Origin: Octopus sinensis
Taxonomy: Eukaryota
NCBI RefSeq assembly: GCF_006345805.1
Contig: NC_043003.1
Span: 76,384,001-76,448,000 of the forward strand
DNA length: 64,000 nt
Reading direction: 5' to 3'
Position numbers and translations under genes: made by a program. Position 1 is the first letter of the stretch; each line of letters starts with the position of its first letter. Under the pieces are notes generated by a model, which worked only from the letters and a program-made list of their open reading frames with translations, ran no database searches and was not told the origin of the DNA. Positions 40,426 through 54,345 of the stretch are shown here, piece after piece.

Positions 40426-40496
<71 letters not shown>

Positions 40497-40525
40497 GGGG
40501 GTACCAGTAGTAGTAGTAGTAGTTT
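40340..40525. repeat. (CTA)n/(TAG)n microsatellite
   Basis: Directly visible; a short CTA run faces a long TAG run. Confidence 0.95.
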
Positions 40526-41001
40526 TGTTGTTGGTGGTTACGTTGTTTACCATTGTTGTTGTTTACATGAAGTTACTTTCTTGTAGGTTCTGATCTTGTC
40601 TTTGTTTTTCTGGCTGTTGCCTGCCAGTAGTATTTCGAGATTAGTCACTTTTAATAACAAGCTCAATATAGATTCAAAATGTTAGTCTGGGTGAAATACA
40701 TTAACTAAAGGTCACTTGACTGGTGTAAGCAACTCGTACACATTGGTAGTTTTCCTATATTAAGGAGCAAAGGTTAAAATTTATTTTCGTCTCACAATTT
40801 CCTGATCTAAATCTTACATATCATGTATAGATATTTCTGTTAGTTTGTTTGTGCCAACTCAATAAATGAAACGGAATGTATGTAGCCGCTTGAATTCTGT
40901 GTTTGTTATGTAAAGCAGTCATCTAAATATTTACATATAAGTGTATATATATATATATATGTATGTATATATTAGTATTTTTATGTGTCTATTTGTATTT
41001 G

Positions 41002-41045
<44 letters not shown>

Positions 41046-41052
41046 ATATAAA

Positions 41053-41085
<33 letters not shown>

Positions 41086-41460
41086 TGTATGTATGTAGGT
41101 ATGTATGTATGCATGTATGTATGTGTGTATGTATGTATATATAATAGCATTTGTATGTGTCTATAAAGCGAGGGACAAGAGTGGTGAGGCGGAGAATGAT
41201 TGTGTGTAACTATTTTAACTTATAAAAGTCAAAGTTTTGAAGAGATTTATCATATTATTTATCCATCATTATGGAAACACCATTCTTCTATGCTGGCATA
41301 ATTTTCTTTCGGAAAATTTAAATCCCAACAACACTAAAGTTATCAGTTATAATTACATTTGTGTATGTGTATGCGTTGTATGTGTGTGCATGTGTGTGTA
41401 CATAAAGATAGATGGGTAAGTAGATAGATAGTGTGTACATTCATGTATGTATGTATACAT

Positions 41461-41496
<36 letters not shown>

Positions 41497-41789
41497 GTTT
41501 CATTTTAAATTCAGTAAAATCAATTGTATATAGTAATGCAATGGGTTACTATATACTTTTTTGAGTACAAATATATTTTCTTATACAAGAATGTTCTTGA
41601 AAGTAAGTTTCAAGTCTCTATCTGCCAAAGTATTGTCGGACGATATCAAAAACATTCTTTTATAACAATTAAAATACTTATACATGTAAAGATTTTCCCG
41701 TCGAAGACGCTGTAGAGGCATTCAGCGCTTTCTTAACGGCCTGCACAAATGATTTTTCTATAATGAACAAACGTATGTGTTGTACATTA

Positions 41790-41964
41790 CTTCACTCACT
41801 CCATCAAATCAATGTTGCCTGAGCAGGTGCACAAGGAACCACGCGTCGAATGTCGAAATGATTACTGTCAAATGTGAGATGAAATGTTTTTTCTCAAAAG
41901 CACAATGCACAACCCGGTTTGGAAATCAAAACCCCGATCTTACAGTCATGAATGCAACACCCTA

Positions 41965-41966
<2 letters not shown>
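41790..41966 (-). mobile_element. SINE family 3, degenerate
   Basis: gtgagatgaaatgttttttctcaaaagcacaatgcacaacccggtttggaaatcaaaacc parallels 11490-11560. Confidence 0.55.
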
Positions 41967-42035
<69 letters not shown>

Positions 42036-42732
42036 ATATGTATGTATATATGGAACAAAAAAAATGCAATAGAGGTCATTATTAGAAGGAGAGGCAAAAA
42101 AGACGGGTCATTCTTGGCTTTCTCTCATCAGTCAAGTCCTAGAAGTCACAACCAATTTGGGCAGTTACACTTGAGATGGTTCGATCTGGTTCCCCACTCC
42201 CCAAAAATTGCTAGGAGCATTACACCCCTTTGTAAGAAATCTAGCAAATGAGTAAGGCAACAAAGAAAAAAACAAAAAAAGAGAATATGGTACATAGTTA
42301 CGAATACAAACAACAAGAAATAACAACAGGCGTCTTTCGAGTGAGAACGAATCAAATTAATCTGGCGTGTATGAAGTGAAAGCCTAAAGGCAGGAAAATG
42401 GGAGATGGACACAAGCAGTGTTGACGGTCGGCGGTCAGGCCAAGAAAGAATGACTATGGCTGGCCGGACACTGGTTACGTGGAAGGAGGAGATATGAGTA
42501 GGGGGCAGCTGGTTTGAAGGATTGGAAAAAATCAGAGACAAAGAGAAAGGTACAGGGGAGATAAACAAGTGGGAAATAGTGGGAGTTAAAGAAAGAGATG
42601 GCCAAGAAAAGAGAGAGAGAGAGAGGGAGCGAATAAAAAGAAGGAAAATGAGAGAGGGAATAAAAGATAGAGTAAGAGTCGTACAAAATTTAGATACATA
42701 CCTACTATTAGGAGAGCAGAAGGGTGTACGTT

Positions 42733-42800
42733 CGCCGCTATATATATATATGGGCGTAAGAGTGGCTGAGTGGTAAGTAGCTTGCTTACCAACCACAAGT
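42733..42800 (+). mobile_element. SINE family 1, head only
   Basis: gagtggctgagtggtaagtagcttgcttaccaaccaca matches 4373-4410. Confidence 0.75.
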
Positions 42801-43570
42801 TTCACAAATACAAGTCAACTGAATAAAATGTAATGTGAGATTGTGCGACATGTTAAGAATTAGCCTTAAATCATGCGATAAGTTTACTCATTAATGGTTG
42901 CCATCCAAACAAGGGGGAGATCATAAAATCAGAGCTAAGTAAAGTTCCGAAAAAGACCTCAGGATCTAAAGATATATTTACAAACACATTTATTACATTA
43001 TCCACGATTTTCAGCGATTTTATTTTCTATCAGTAAAATACCAACCTCTCAAAGATATTTTACATATATATCTTCTTATATTTGCCTACAAGTATATATG
43101 TTTAATTTGCATATCATTATAATTTATGTATTAGGCATTACTGAAAATAAGTACATAAACATACTAATGAAAATAGCTTAAAGCAATATAAAAAGGTTCT
43201 GAATTAGTACTAATTAAAAATATCTGCTACTTCGATCCATGCAAACAACCTTTAATAAAATTAACATGATGTATCTTAAAACTTCAAATTAAAACATTCT
43301 TGAGAAATCTTACACAACTTTATAATAGAGAATTATGTTATAATGTTATAGAACAGAAATAAAAGGCCGCAACAATATATTCTTTGAAAATGAACTGTGT
43401 ATAAAAGTATACAGAATATATGACTGAAGCATAATTTAAAGGTTGTGCTTCAAATTTAGAAATTTAATTGGAAGATAGAATTTTTAGACATTTGAAAATA
43501 GGGAGTTAATAGGCATTACTCAAACTCATAGGGCTGTGTCCTTTTATAACAGTGTTACATAACAATTTAC

Positions 43571-43751
43571 TGGTTGTCTTGATCTGTGGTTTAACAGTTG
43601 CAGTGGCCGTTGGCCGACTAGGTTGCATTGGAAGTGAATGTGTAACAGACTTTGAGTTAAGAGGAGAAACCGCTGTAGGGAAACAATAACTATTATTCGT
43701 ACACCAAAATATGGCCAAACTCAATTTAGCCAGCAACACTGCAGCAATCAT
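43571..43751 (-). CDS. Candidate first coding exon of a secreted/membrane protein (signal peptide plus S/T/P-rich linker)
   Basis: ATG in atcATG context. MIAAVLLAKLSLAIFWCTNNSYC-FPTAVSPLNSKSVTHSLPMQPSRPTATATVKPQIKTT, then phase-1 donor A|gtaaat. Non-repetitive sequence. Confidence 0.4.
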
Positions 43752-44739
43752 GATAGTTGAGTGTTGAGTGTTGCTTTTAATAGTATAGTGTAGATCACTA
43801 TACTATTGGATTACTATTCCAAAACAAACGTTCGTTTCTATGCTTTTAGTTTTATGTTTTCGTTTCTCATTGTGTTCAACATTTTTCTGATGTCCTATAC
43901 CCATATATGCATGTCTATATACATATATATGTAGGTATGTACATACATGCATGTATATGTGCATATTTTTATATATTATTTATATTATATTATATATATA
44001 TACACACACAGACAAGCATGCATTACTTTCCATTATTAATCAAATTGAAGAAAACAAAAACACGTTTACTGCTGGTGGGGTTCTATGCAGTTTGTAGAGA
44101 AATATTTATTGATCAAATTGAATTTAGTAGGATGTAATGCTTTCCTTAACATTTTGTTCAAATACACAAATATTTTGTGTCTTTCTGTGTACGTACGTAT
44201 GCGCGTGTATGTGTGTATGTGTGTGTATGTGTGTGTATACATAAAAATAGGCAGACAGATAGGCATACGCATACACAAATACAAACTTATAATCTCATCG
44301 CTAAAACTGGGGAAAATTACTCTGACTACGTACTAAGTAGCGACATGACTTAGGGATATAAATGCAATATTGTCTGTACAGGAAGTGACAAGTTTCTTCA
44401 ATGATGCTTCAAATAAGTGGTTCTTTTCACAATAAATCTTCTATATCAACGTCTAATTTTTCGTTTTTTTTTTCTAATTTTCCATGACCACATGAGCTAG
44501 TTGTAATCCGACTAACCAAAAAGATATTCTGTTTTTTCTTTGTTTTTTTGTAAGACCTTATGGATGTGGTTTCAAAACTACTTCATATCTTCTCCACTAG
44601 ATGTATTGAATACTGCAACAATGATGTTCTAAGTAGCTCTCTGATGATACTTTATGAAACCTCACCTTACTGCATTTTTCTTGGAAAAGAGAACTGATTC
44701 TTTGGAATCGTAACTGACCATACTGAAAGAATACATTTA

Positions 44740-46012
44740 ACAGGTCATCACATAAGTTCTGTCCGATTTTACCTTTTTTAAATTTGAAAAAAATTTAATA
44801 GTATTTTAGAATGTCTAATGGAATTTAAAATTATTTTAAAACCTTTGTGTACATTTAAACTAATTAAATATTATTTTACAGAAAAATACAATTAAAATTT
44901 CCTTGATTCAAACCCTTTCTAACATGGAAGTATCTAAAGAGCATGCTAGGCACATAATACTTTATGAGGGCAAAAAAGGAAACTCTGCAGCCGAAGCGAC
45001 TCGAAACATACACTCAGTTTATGGGAAACAATGCTTGAATGAAAAAACTTGCAGCAGATGAAATTCAGAAGTGGAGATTTCAGCCTTGAAGATAAAGATC
45101 GAACAGGACGTCCAGTTGAGTTTGATGATAAGCTCCTTGAGGCATTACTTGAAGAAAATCCTGCATTATCAGTTGAATAATTGGCAATAAAGCTTAGTTC
45201 AAAACATACAACTGTTTATAGTCATCTTCAACAACTTGGAAAGGTTCCTAAACCGGAGAAATGGGTGCCTTATGAATTGTCCGAAAGTAACCGTAAATCT
45301 CGATTTGACATCTGCTCTTCTCTCCATTCTTTTTAACCCATTTAACCATTTTTGGATAGACTTGTGACTGTTGACGAAAAATGGATCTTCTATCGAAATG
45401 TTAAACGTAGTAAACAGTGGCTTGGGAAAAGTGAAAAAGCTCAACCACAGCCGAGAAGGGAACCTCATGAGAAAGAGATTCTCTCTATCTTGTGGGATTG
45501 CAAAGGAGTAATTCACTTTGAATTGTTACCACCTAATGCAACAGTCAATGCTCAAGTCTACTGTCAGCAATGAGAGCATTTGAACTAAGTTTTAAAGGAA
45601 AAAAGACCCGGTTTAGTGATTCGAAATGGAGTGGTGTTTCATCAGGATAATGCGCGATCCCACACTGCAAAGATTATATCACAGAAAATAGAAGAGCTTG
45701 GGTGGGAAAAATTCCTCATCCACCTTATTCTCCCGACCTTGCTCCTTCAGTCTACCATTTGTTTCGTAGTTTACAGATTCATTTGGGGGACATAACTTTC
45801 GCAAGCCGGGAGGAGGTCGAAACTGACATTCCAGAGTTCTTCGCTTTGAAACCAAAAGAGTTTTACATTGATGGGATTAAAAAGCTTGTAAATAGATGGA
45901 AGGAATTTATAGATAATCAGGGAAAGTACAGTGAGGATTAAATTTCAATTTATTATAACATTAACTTGTTTTCTTTATTCAAAATTCGGGCAGATCTTAT
46001 GGGATGGCTTGA
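44740..46012 (+). mobile_element. Full-length (1273 bp) mariner element with TIRs, TA flanks and a disrupted DD34D transposase
   Basis: TIRs caggtcatcacataagttctgtccgattt / aaattcgggcagatcttatgggatggcttga, flanked by TA. CDS 44924-45941: MEVSKEHARH..., KWVPYEL, TVDEKW, HQDNAR, PHPPYSPDLAPSVYHLF (third D mutated to V). Stops and frameshifts present. Confidence 0.95.
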
Positions 46013-49000
46013 TAGTTGCAGCGCATGCATGACTGGTTGCTTACGAACATTGCTTCGGGTGCCGTCGCATTGTGCAACTCCTTGGATAATTATTTCTCTC
46101 TGTATTATTTGCGCAACTAATGCTGTGTGAATAACATTCCTTGGTGCAATTTCAACGTCGGCGTTAACTTTTCTCTTGTGTTATTACAGGAGTAAAATAT
46201 AGCTTCAGATACAATATTTGCGCATGACCTTCCGCATCAATATTTGCTCAAGACCTTTAAAAATGCACACAAGCCTATACAATGATGATCATTCCATATT
46301 TTTCTTTGACTAAACCCCAAAACTTTGAAAATATCAGGGATTTTTCAATATTCTACACTCACTAATTCATAACTAACGGGAGCCGTGAATATTTCACAGA
46401 ATTAAATGTAGATCAATTAGATTACTTCTGAAAACTTTATTCCCCCAAAAAACTGAAAGCATGGCCTGTACTTATGTCTTTATGGAAAGAAAGTTGCTCA
46501 TCTGCTACTCATTAAAAAGTGAAAGAAATTGGAATACGTTGATTACTTAATGCACTTTGTATATACACTTTATATACGTTATGCACAATTTTATATACTA
46601 AGTACACAGCATTTATGAAACAAATATTTACTTTTATTTAACCATTTTCGCCATAAACATAAATAAGCATGAACATTTCACGGAATTGCACTTATGGGCA
46701 TGCGTTAAGTGATAGGTGATATCAAAAACTTAAAAAAGAAATACGCTTTTCACTATCCAATCACTACCACCATCACCTTCACTACCACCACTTCCACCGT
46801 CACACACACCATCTCCACCAACTCCATCCCCACCACTAACACCACCATCATCATCTCTCTCCCCTCTCCCTTCTCTCTCTTCTTGTCTCCCTCCTCTCTC
46901 ACACTCTCTTCCCCTCTCTTCGTCTCTCTCTTCTTTCTCTCATTCTCTCCGTCCTCTCTCTCACTCTCTCCCCCTCTCTCTCTCTCTACCTTTCTTTAAC
47001 CTCAGCACCAGATCATCGCCCTTCTACTAACATTATTACGTTCTTCTAAGCTCACATCACGGATGCTTCTCTCTTCGTCTTTTCTCGCTCTCTGTTTTCT
47101 TTCTCCCTCTTTCTGTCTTACTTTCTGCTTTATACTTTTTTCGCTCTCCTTTTTATTTCTCCTCTCTTTCCCTTCAACTGATCCAATGAAAGTGTTGCAA
47201 TTATACTCCCTCTACCTTACGTCATGGACGGTTGTTTCTGTTTCTCATTCTCCTTCATTCCTTTTCTCTCTCTCTCGCTTTTCTTTCTTCCATTTTTTCT
47301 CTAATCACGTGAAAGCGTTACCGACGCAATGACACGCAGAATTATTATAAGACTAGCTGGTCATGTGCCATCAAAAATGATGGCTAAATGTAGTATTTTA
47401 TATATAAATAATGTACAAAAACAAGTCTTTAGTTTAATAGTTCTTTTGTTACCAAAATTTTGTGAAAAATCTATCCGCAATTAACATCCCTTGACTGCTT
47501 GTTTCCTTCAAGACAATATTTAAGTCCCTTCCCTCCTGTGCGATTTAAGACCACATAAAGCTGGCCATGACTAAATACGGGAGCTGGGAAGTAAATACCA
47601 AATCCACAGAGTTGAAACGCTGTTTGATTTTTTTTCAGCATTGAATGTTCACTATCCCACTTCCCTTGCACACACATATACACACAAACATTTAAATGCT
47701 TCCCTTTTACTTACATACAGAAATACTTACACAGAGTTGAAACTTATTTTTTCACAGTAGAATTTCCATCATGCCACTACCAGTTTGCCATCACCCCTTC
47801 TTTCCTTATTCATCTATCACCCCTTCTTTTTCATTCATATGTTGTAACGAAGAAAACACAAGAGTATTTTTATAGTAGATGGACAACTGCAGACCTGTAG
47901 GGACTAAGCTTCTTTGTCAATCCTACGATTGTTATTTTTTTTGTTTGTTTCTGAATGCTTGTGAAATTCAGCTGCTTCTGTTCTTCCATGAACCAATAAA
48001 GATCCTTAGGATTTAATATATCTTTAATTGTGTCTACTACCAGGATGCTTACTAATCAGGATATACACAGGGATTTCAGGTGTATTTTTCAAACATCATC
48101 ACACTCTACCGATCGGTATTCTCAACTACTTAGTCAAAGTGAGGCCGAAAAAGATTACACAATTAACTGTAATATAAGGAGGAAATATAATATACCCCTC
48201 AAGAAGCTCCAGTATGCACGAATATCTATTCTCCAAACACATAAAACAAAAAAAATACGACAAAGAACCAAAGGCAGATAATCTTCCCCCGAAGGACTTA
48301 TAGACTCCTTCTCACTTGCCTATTCTACCACTTTCTCTCTTGCCAGCTGACCTCCTGTCGCTTTCCCAGTATTTCTCTTCTCATATACATATTCCTGGTG
48401 AGTTACCTAGCAGTAAAGCATATTGTACATTGTATGATATGTCTCAAATAATTATATAAAACATTGTATAAAATTACATTGCCATGCTATCGAAATCCAC
48501 GTAGTATGAATTGAAGCGACAAAACCCTATATATATATTCATACTCTGACACATACACAATACATGTGGGCACGCACACAGACACACACATGGACATACG
48601 GACACATACGGGTGCACGCACATGCACACAAACACAGACACATATAAACAAACAAATTTGGAGATTGGCGAAAATGTGAAATAGAGGCAGAAAGGAAGAC
48701 AACTAAAACACAAAAAGAAGTTTGCTGACAGGTATAGGTATGAGGAAGTATTAGGTGTCAGTAATTTTACGAAGACAATATTTATGGACAAGATAATTTA
48801 CGATTAAAGTGCCTCTTTATACTTTTATACTGGCACCATGTATGCGTGTAGGTATGCTCGTATGTTTGGCCGTGTGTGTGAGATGGTGTGTGTGTTTTTG
48901 TGCGTATGAATCTATTCTTCTATAAACATATATCCATGCATACATAAATGCTTATATTCAGACAAACGTGCATGAACTGTGTTGAACTCTTCTTCCAGCT

Positions 49001-49283
49001 GAACATCATCATATTAACATCACTCCTGAGGGTCGGTCTGCCAAGGCTAAAAGTCTTAACCTCCACAAGATTACAATGTAACATACTTTTAAGTGTTTCA
49101 GTCTAAGAATGCGTAATATTTTTTCATGATTTCCTTGTAATGTGTAAATACGCATAAGCACGCTCACTCACATATAAACACACCCAAACATATACTGTTA
49201 TATATATATACACGTCGACGACAGCGTTTGGTTTTGTGAATATATATGTATATAATACACACAGCTATACATACATATATATA

Positions 49284-49337
<54 letters not shown>

Positions 49338-50043
49338 GTAAATGTAAAAACATACTGCTGACAAAAACTACGTGGCGTTCAATTATTAAATAATATATAT
49401 GCACACAATATAATATATATAATGTCTATAATATTTACATATTTGTATATGTATGTAAAGACAGAAGAGGAGAGACACATAAATAGATAAACTGACAGAC
49501 AAACATGTTTCCGAAAATGCGACAAGTATATTTTTTTTTATTTTAATAAATAAAAGAAAAACAGAGCCGAAAGTATGCTACGCTTGTGAATTCATTCTTG
49601 TCACAATACTTTTAGAGACTTTGCAGCAATTATATAAATATATTGCTTATAAATGTTTGTCATACCGAATATTAAACTGTTTCATCCGAAATTGGATTAC
49701 ATTGACTCATAATAATTTTGCGTTGTCTACTGACTAAGATCAGATTTATAATTCTTTATATTAAGTAACTCATTCCATCAAAATATTACCAAGATTCTCG
49801 GTAATTAGAGATACTTTCATTTCAGATTATTATTTCCTTCATCACTTCATTTTTATGATGTTTTGTTTCATTTATATTTTGCTTTCAGCCTGGGTCGTGA
49901 TCTTACATAAAAAGCAGCGCTTGAGATCTAAATAAATTAATTAGACTTCATCAAGTAGTCAAATATTAAAGTCACCGACATCAAGAGTAAATAATAAAAA
50001 AAAAACAACCAAAAACGACAAGCGATTGTCTCTAATTTTGTTC

Positions 50044-50078
<35 letters not shown>

Positions 50079-50093
50079 CTCTCTCTCGCTCTT

Positions 50094-50136
<43 letters not shown>

Positions 50137-50504
50137 GCAGATATACACACACATACACACACACACATATATATATATTTCTAGAAAAATACAGTGTACA
50201 TTTAAACACATAAGAGATGAGCCTAATAGGACATCTGACTAGCTAGAAAGAGCAGGTAAACTCCAAACCTCTAATAGTTGTAATTCTGAAAGGGAATGAA
50301 AGATAAGAACATTTACCCTATCTTTTCTGGACTATGCATAGTTTCGGCAATCTTTAGCAAATAAAATAAAATGATTTTAATTTACAATTGACGTTGCCAT
50401 CTCCAGCAGGAAACCAAGGCTAACATATGGACACGAGGCGATAAAGACCATGCCTCATGTTTATATGTTATAACATTTCAAAATCCATTAATTGATCATA
50501 AAAA

Positions 50505-50570
<66 letters not shown>

Positions 50571-51326
50571 CAAAAGTACAGTAGTAAAATAATCATTTCT
50601 ACTAGCTTACAACTGATTCTGTGGTAGGGATTTGAGTACCCACATCTGAGTATCAAATGAAATCTTTTCGTCTCCTTAAAGACATTTTAAATTTCATATA
50701 TATGAATATATACAGAGAGTGTGAGGGAAGGAGAGAGAGTGAAGGGAGAGAGGAAGAAAGCGTGAGAAAGATGGGGAGGAGAGGGAGAGATTGATTGAGA
50801 TGAGGAGAGAGGCGGAGAGAGTGGGAAGGAGAGAGCGAGATTGATCGATTGTTTATCGGTTGATCGAGTGAGTGAGTGGTGAAACAAACAGTAAATACGT
50901 AAAGGAGAGCTTGAATGCTTTATTGGAAGCTTCTTGAATCCCTTCTATAGTTTCATGTTCCTGTTTATTGCAGCGATTGCAAATGTAGCAGCATGACAGT
51001 ATATAAACAACATTATTTGTAAACACATGAAAATAGGATTAGTTATTGACATTTGATCGAGCGCCAAAAACAGTTCAGAAAGTATGCAACATAATCAGTT
51101 GTCGGATGCAGAAGAAATAGACGTGATCTTCTAGTCACATAGAAACCACGTGATATTTTCGTGTTTTCAGTATCGAAAGCGTAAAAGAAGAAAAGCAGAA
51201 TGACGATGACTACTGTTAATGCACTTTTAACACTGTCCATGGGATTAATTAATCTGCAAAGACGACCTCTATCTTTCCCTCTCTCTCACTTCCTCTCGTT
51301 CTCTCTCTCCTGCTGTCTCTCGTTTG

Positions 51327-51357
<31 letters not shown>

Positions 51358-52189
51358 AGTCTCTGCTCTTTTCTTCTCTCTCACTTGCTGGACTACGAAT
51401 GGTCTATGACGAAAGAACAATATTCCTTCAATGTCTCCTATCTCGCTTCTCAACCCGCCAGGCTTTATTATTTATCTAGTAGCGATTATCTCCCTTACAA
51501 TAGCTGCAGCCAGGAACTCCATGTGTATAACTTAATGATTTCTTGAATATGTGATATGTTTTTAGGTTATAGAGAATTCACCATCTCGAAAATGATGCAT
51601 TTTTTCTATTCCTTATTTGGACATAACTTTATAAAACAATGATAGAAGTTTCTGAATGATTTCCCCACTTAAATCGTCTTTTTGTTTTTTTGTTTTTTTC
51701 CCTTTTTGCAAAATGGCAAATTTGTACAAGACTAGAGAAGGCGATTCTATAACTGTTAAAATATCCTCTAAACCATTGATATGTACAGTACGAGATGAAG
51801 ATATGGGCCCGAGTGTCTGAACGTATATATATGTTGCTAGAACCGCCCCGCTATAGAAAATGTAGGTGATAACGTGTTTTGATAACCATGTAGTATAATT
51901 ATTTTATTCATTAAATATTTCATTCAATACTACATTTACTTACAGTGTTCGGACTAAGTTTGACCATTTTTATGCCTCAATTTTTCAGACATATCTTCAT
52001 GTATTGGTGAATAGTCAATGGAGTTGGAGAGCATAAAGACTGAAGTTGTAGCTGATAAAAAACTTAATCGGACATAGATTACTGGAAGCCATGTGTATAT
52101 TGGAAAAGAGTTACCTGTATCATGAGGATTCGTGCCGGGTGTCAAAATGCTGACAGCATCATTGCTGTTCAATATTCTGTGAATAATTT

Positions 52190-53110
52190 AAAGGCGGTAA
52201 GACGTAACATGAGCAGCTGCAATGGAGAATACAAATCTGTAGCCAGCATTACATGAAGCAGCAAACGTTCTGACTGCATTCGCCCGAGTGTACATCCAAC
52301 AACTAGAGGACAAGGTGACGGATGATACGAGGACGGGAATTCGAGCTTTAGCGAGAGAGATGAAATACCCACAATGAATCTTGCACAGAATAAAAACATT
52401 CACTGCCAATTTTACAAGAGGTGTAAGGGACAATTTCTGACAGCCTAGGTCAAAGAGAACCGCTTCACTAAAGCAAAGAAGCTCCTAAATAAGGTCAGGC
52501 ATCCCGTTTATCCGGTGTATGACCTGCTTCTTCTAACATGAAAGATCCGTACTACACCAGTTGACCAACAGATGCCTTGGCTACAATACATGCGATGTCC
52601 CACTTATCATGAAAGTTAAATGCCTGCAAACCGTGATAATATTTGGGTATGTCTCCAGTAATGATGTCGTCGGGCTTCCCTACATGTTTAAGTAAGAATC
52701 ATAGGCCTAGTTTAACAGATTACGAGAAGCTGCTGTAGAATGTAGTCAAAATCTAGCTGAAAATGATTGCTGATGGAAGGCCACAGGATTGGCAGTAGTA
52801 TTCAGCTCTTTTCCATAACTCCTGAAAACTTCAGTAGTGGTTGACGGAGAACATCTACGACTTCTCTACTCCCATGTTCTGGCCTCCTAATTCCCTCGAT
52901 TTTAATACCAAAGGTTACTCTGGCTCTGAGTGCAGTTGAGAAATCCATCAATCACTGAGCCTGCAACTTCAAGGCCTAGCTGGTAGCCAATATCTGGTAG
53001 TTTTTCGAATATTTTCCCAGGGATACAGTGAGGTACGCATATCCTTGGTTCCGGGGTCGTGTTAGGAGATGAAGTCGCCAACATTGAGTAAACTGATATC
53101 TCTCAACCAT
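52190..53110 (+). pseudogene. Decayed maT/DD37D-like (IS630-Tc1-mariner) transposase
   Basis: PLIMKVKCLQTVIIFGYVSS (cf. PVVMxTKFPATVMVFGVVS) and FWPPNSLDFN (cf. FWPPNSPDLNPLDY). Confidence 0.65.
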
Positions 53111-53517
53111 AATCTAGTTGGTACTTTTTGATATTTCAAAAATAATTTATTTTGGAGTGGAATATTGCGTTTTCTTTTCCTTTTATGCAAAATGTCAAAT
53201 TTAGCACGAACACCCTTTATGTTAAATTAAAATGGGGTGCATGCCTTCTTCCATATTACTTCTATCCACACATGCATGCACACATATATGCATGTATTCG
53301 TGCATGCATAAGAAAGTACACATGCACGAATAACAAGCATTTATATACACCAGAAATAACCCTCACGAATTCTTGCATGCAGCCGCTAGTTCGTCAGAGT
53401 AAATTTAGGGATTATTAATAATAAATTGCTCTCTTTTTATTTCTGAGTTCAGTCACTACAATAGTCAATTTTCTTTATTGCTTGTTCTGTATTCTACTTT
53501 ATCCTTTCATATTTTAC

Positions 53518-53593
<76 letters not shown>

Positions 53594-53639
53594 CACATAT
53601 TGGTTTAGTGGTACTGGACGTTTTTCTCGTATTCTTTTA

Positions 53640-53715
53640 TTTTTTACTTGATTCAGTCATTTGACGTTTGCCATGCTGGAGCATCACCCTTTAGTCGAAT
53701 AAATTGATCGATCCC
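53640..53715 (-). mobile_element. SINE family 1, tail fragment
   Basis: tttttacttgattcagtcatttgac...gccatgctggagca...ctttagtcga. Confidence 0.7.
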
Positions 53716-54270
53716 TTGTTTGCTGGTATGCTGAGAGAGATCAAGCTCTGTTTCTCATATTTTCTAAGTATAGCTGCCTTTGCTCTTGACTCTGTTGTTC
53801 TCGATTCTGTTGATTACCATCTCTGTTATTTTGAAAATACACTTCTCTTTGGTCTTGGCTCATTTGTTCTCTCCTTTACTGATTTCATGTGCGTGTGTGT
53901 GTTTGTGTGTGTGAGCATGTGACTTAGAATGGAATTCAATCAAACTGAATATGAAAGCAAGTAGTATAATTATGAAGAACACAAATGCAGAATAAACAAT
54001 ACCCTAACTCTACGCTAGTTCTTACGAACAGTGATCCTTCATCTTGCAAAGGTGAAATGAGCAGCAAAACTTATGTAGCAAGAAATGCAATATGCACGAT
54101 CACGAGTGGGGTCAACTGAGCGAAGTGAGCAAAACATCTATTTTGCAGTATCGTATTAAAAATATAGCTGGATACATTTTGAATCCGGTTTCACTTCATA
54201 AAGTGTTGCAGTACATCCGTATGATGTCATACTACATAAGATGTCTATTTTAGTTGGTTTATTTTTCTCT

Positions 54271-54345
54271 CCCCATAAAGAAAAGCTCAGCTTTGTAATT
54301 GGTCCACTCTGTGTTCAGCCCTGTGTGGCTAATAAAGAAACATAT
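54271..54345 (+). mobile_element. Short 3' end of the L1/Tx1-like LINE seen at 2563-3130
   Basis: aaagaaaagctc...ttgtaatt...cagccctgtgtggctaataaagaaacatat. Confidence 0.75.

Noticed and set aside
42146-42805. 219-aa minus-strand ORF
   Set aside because: Begins in a SINE head and crosses low-complexity CT-rich sequence.
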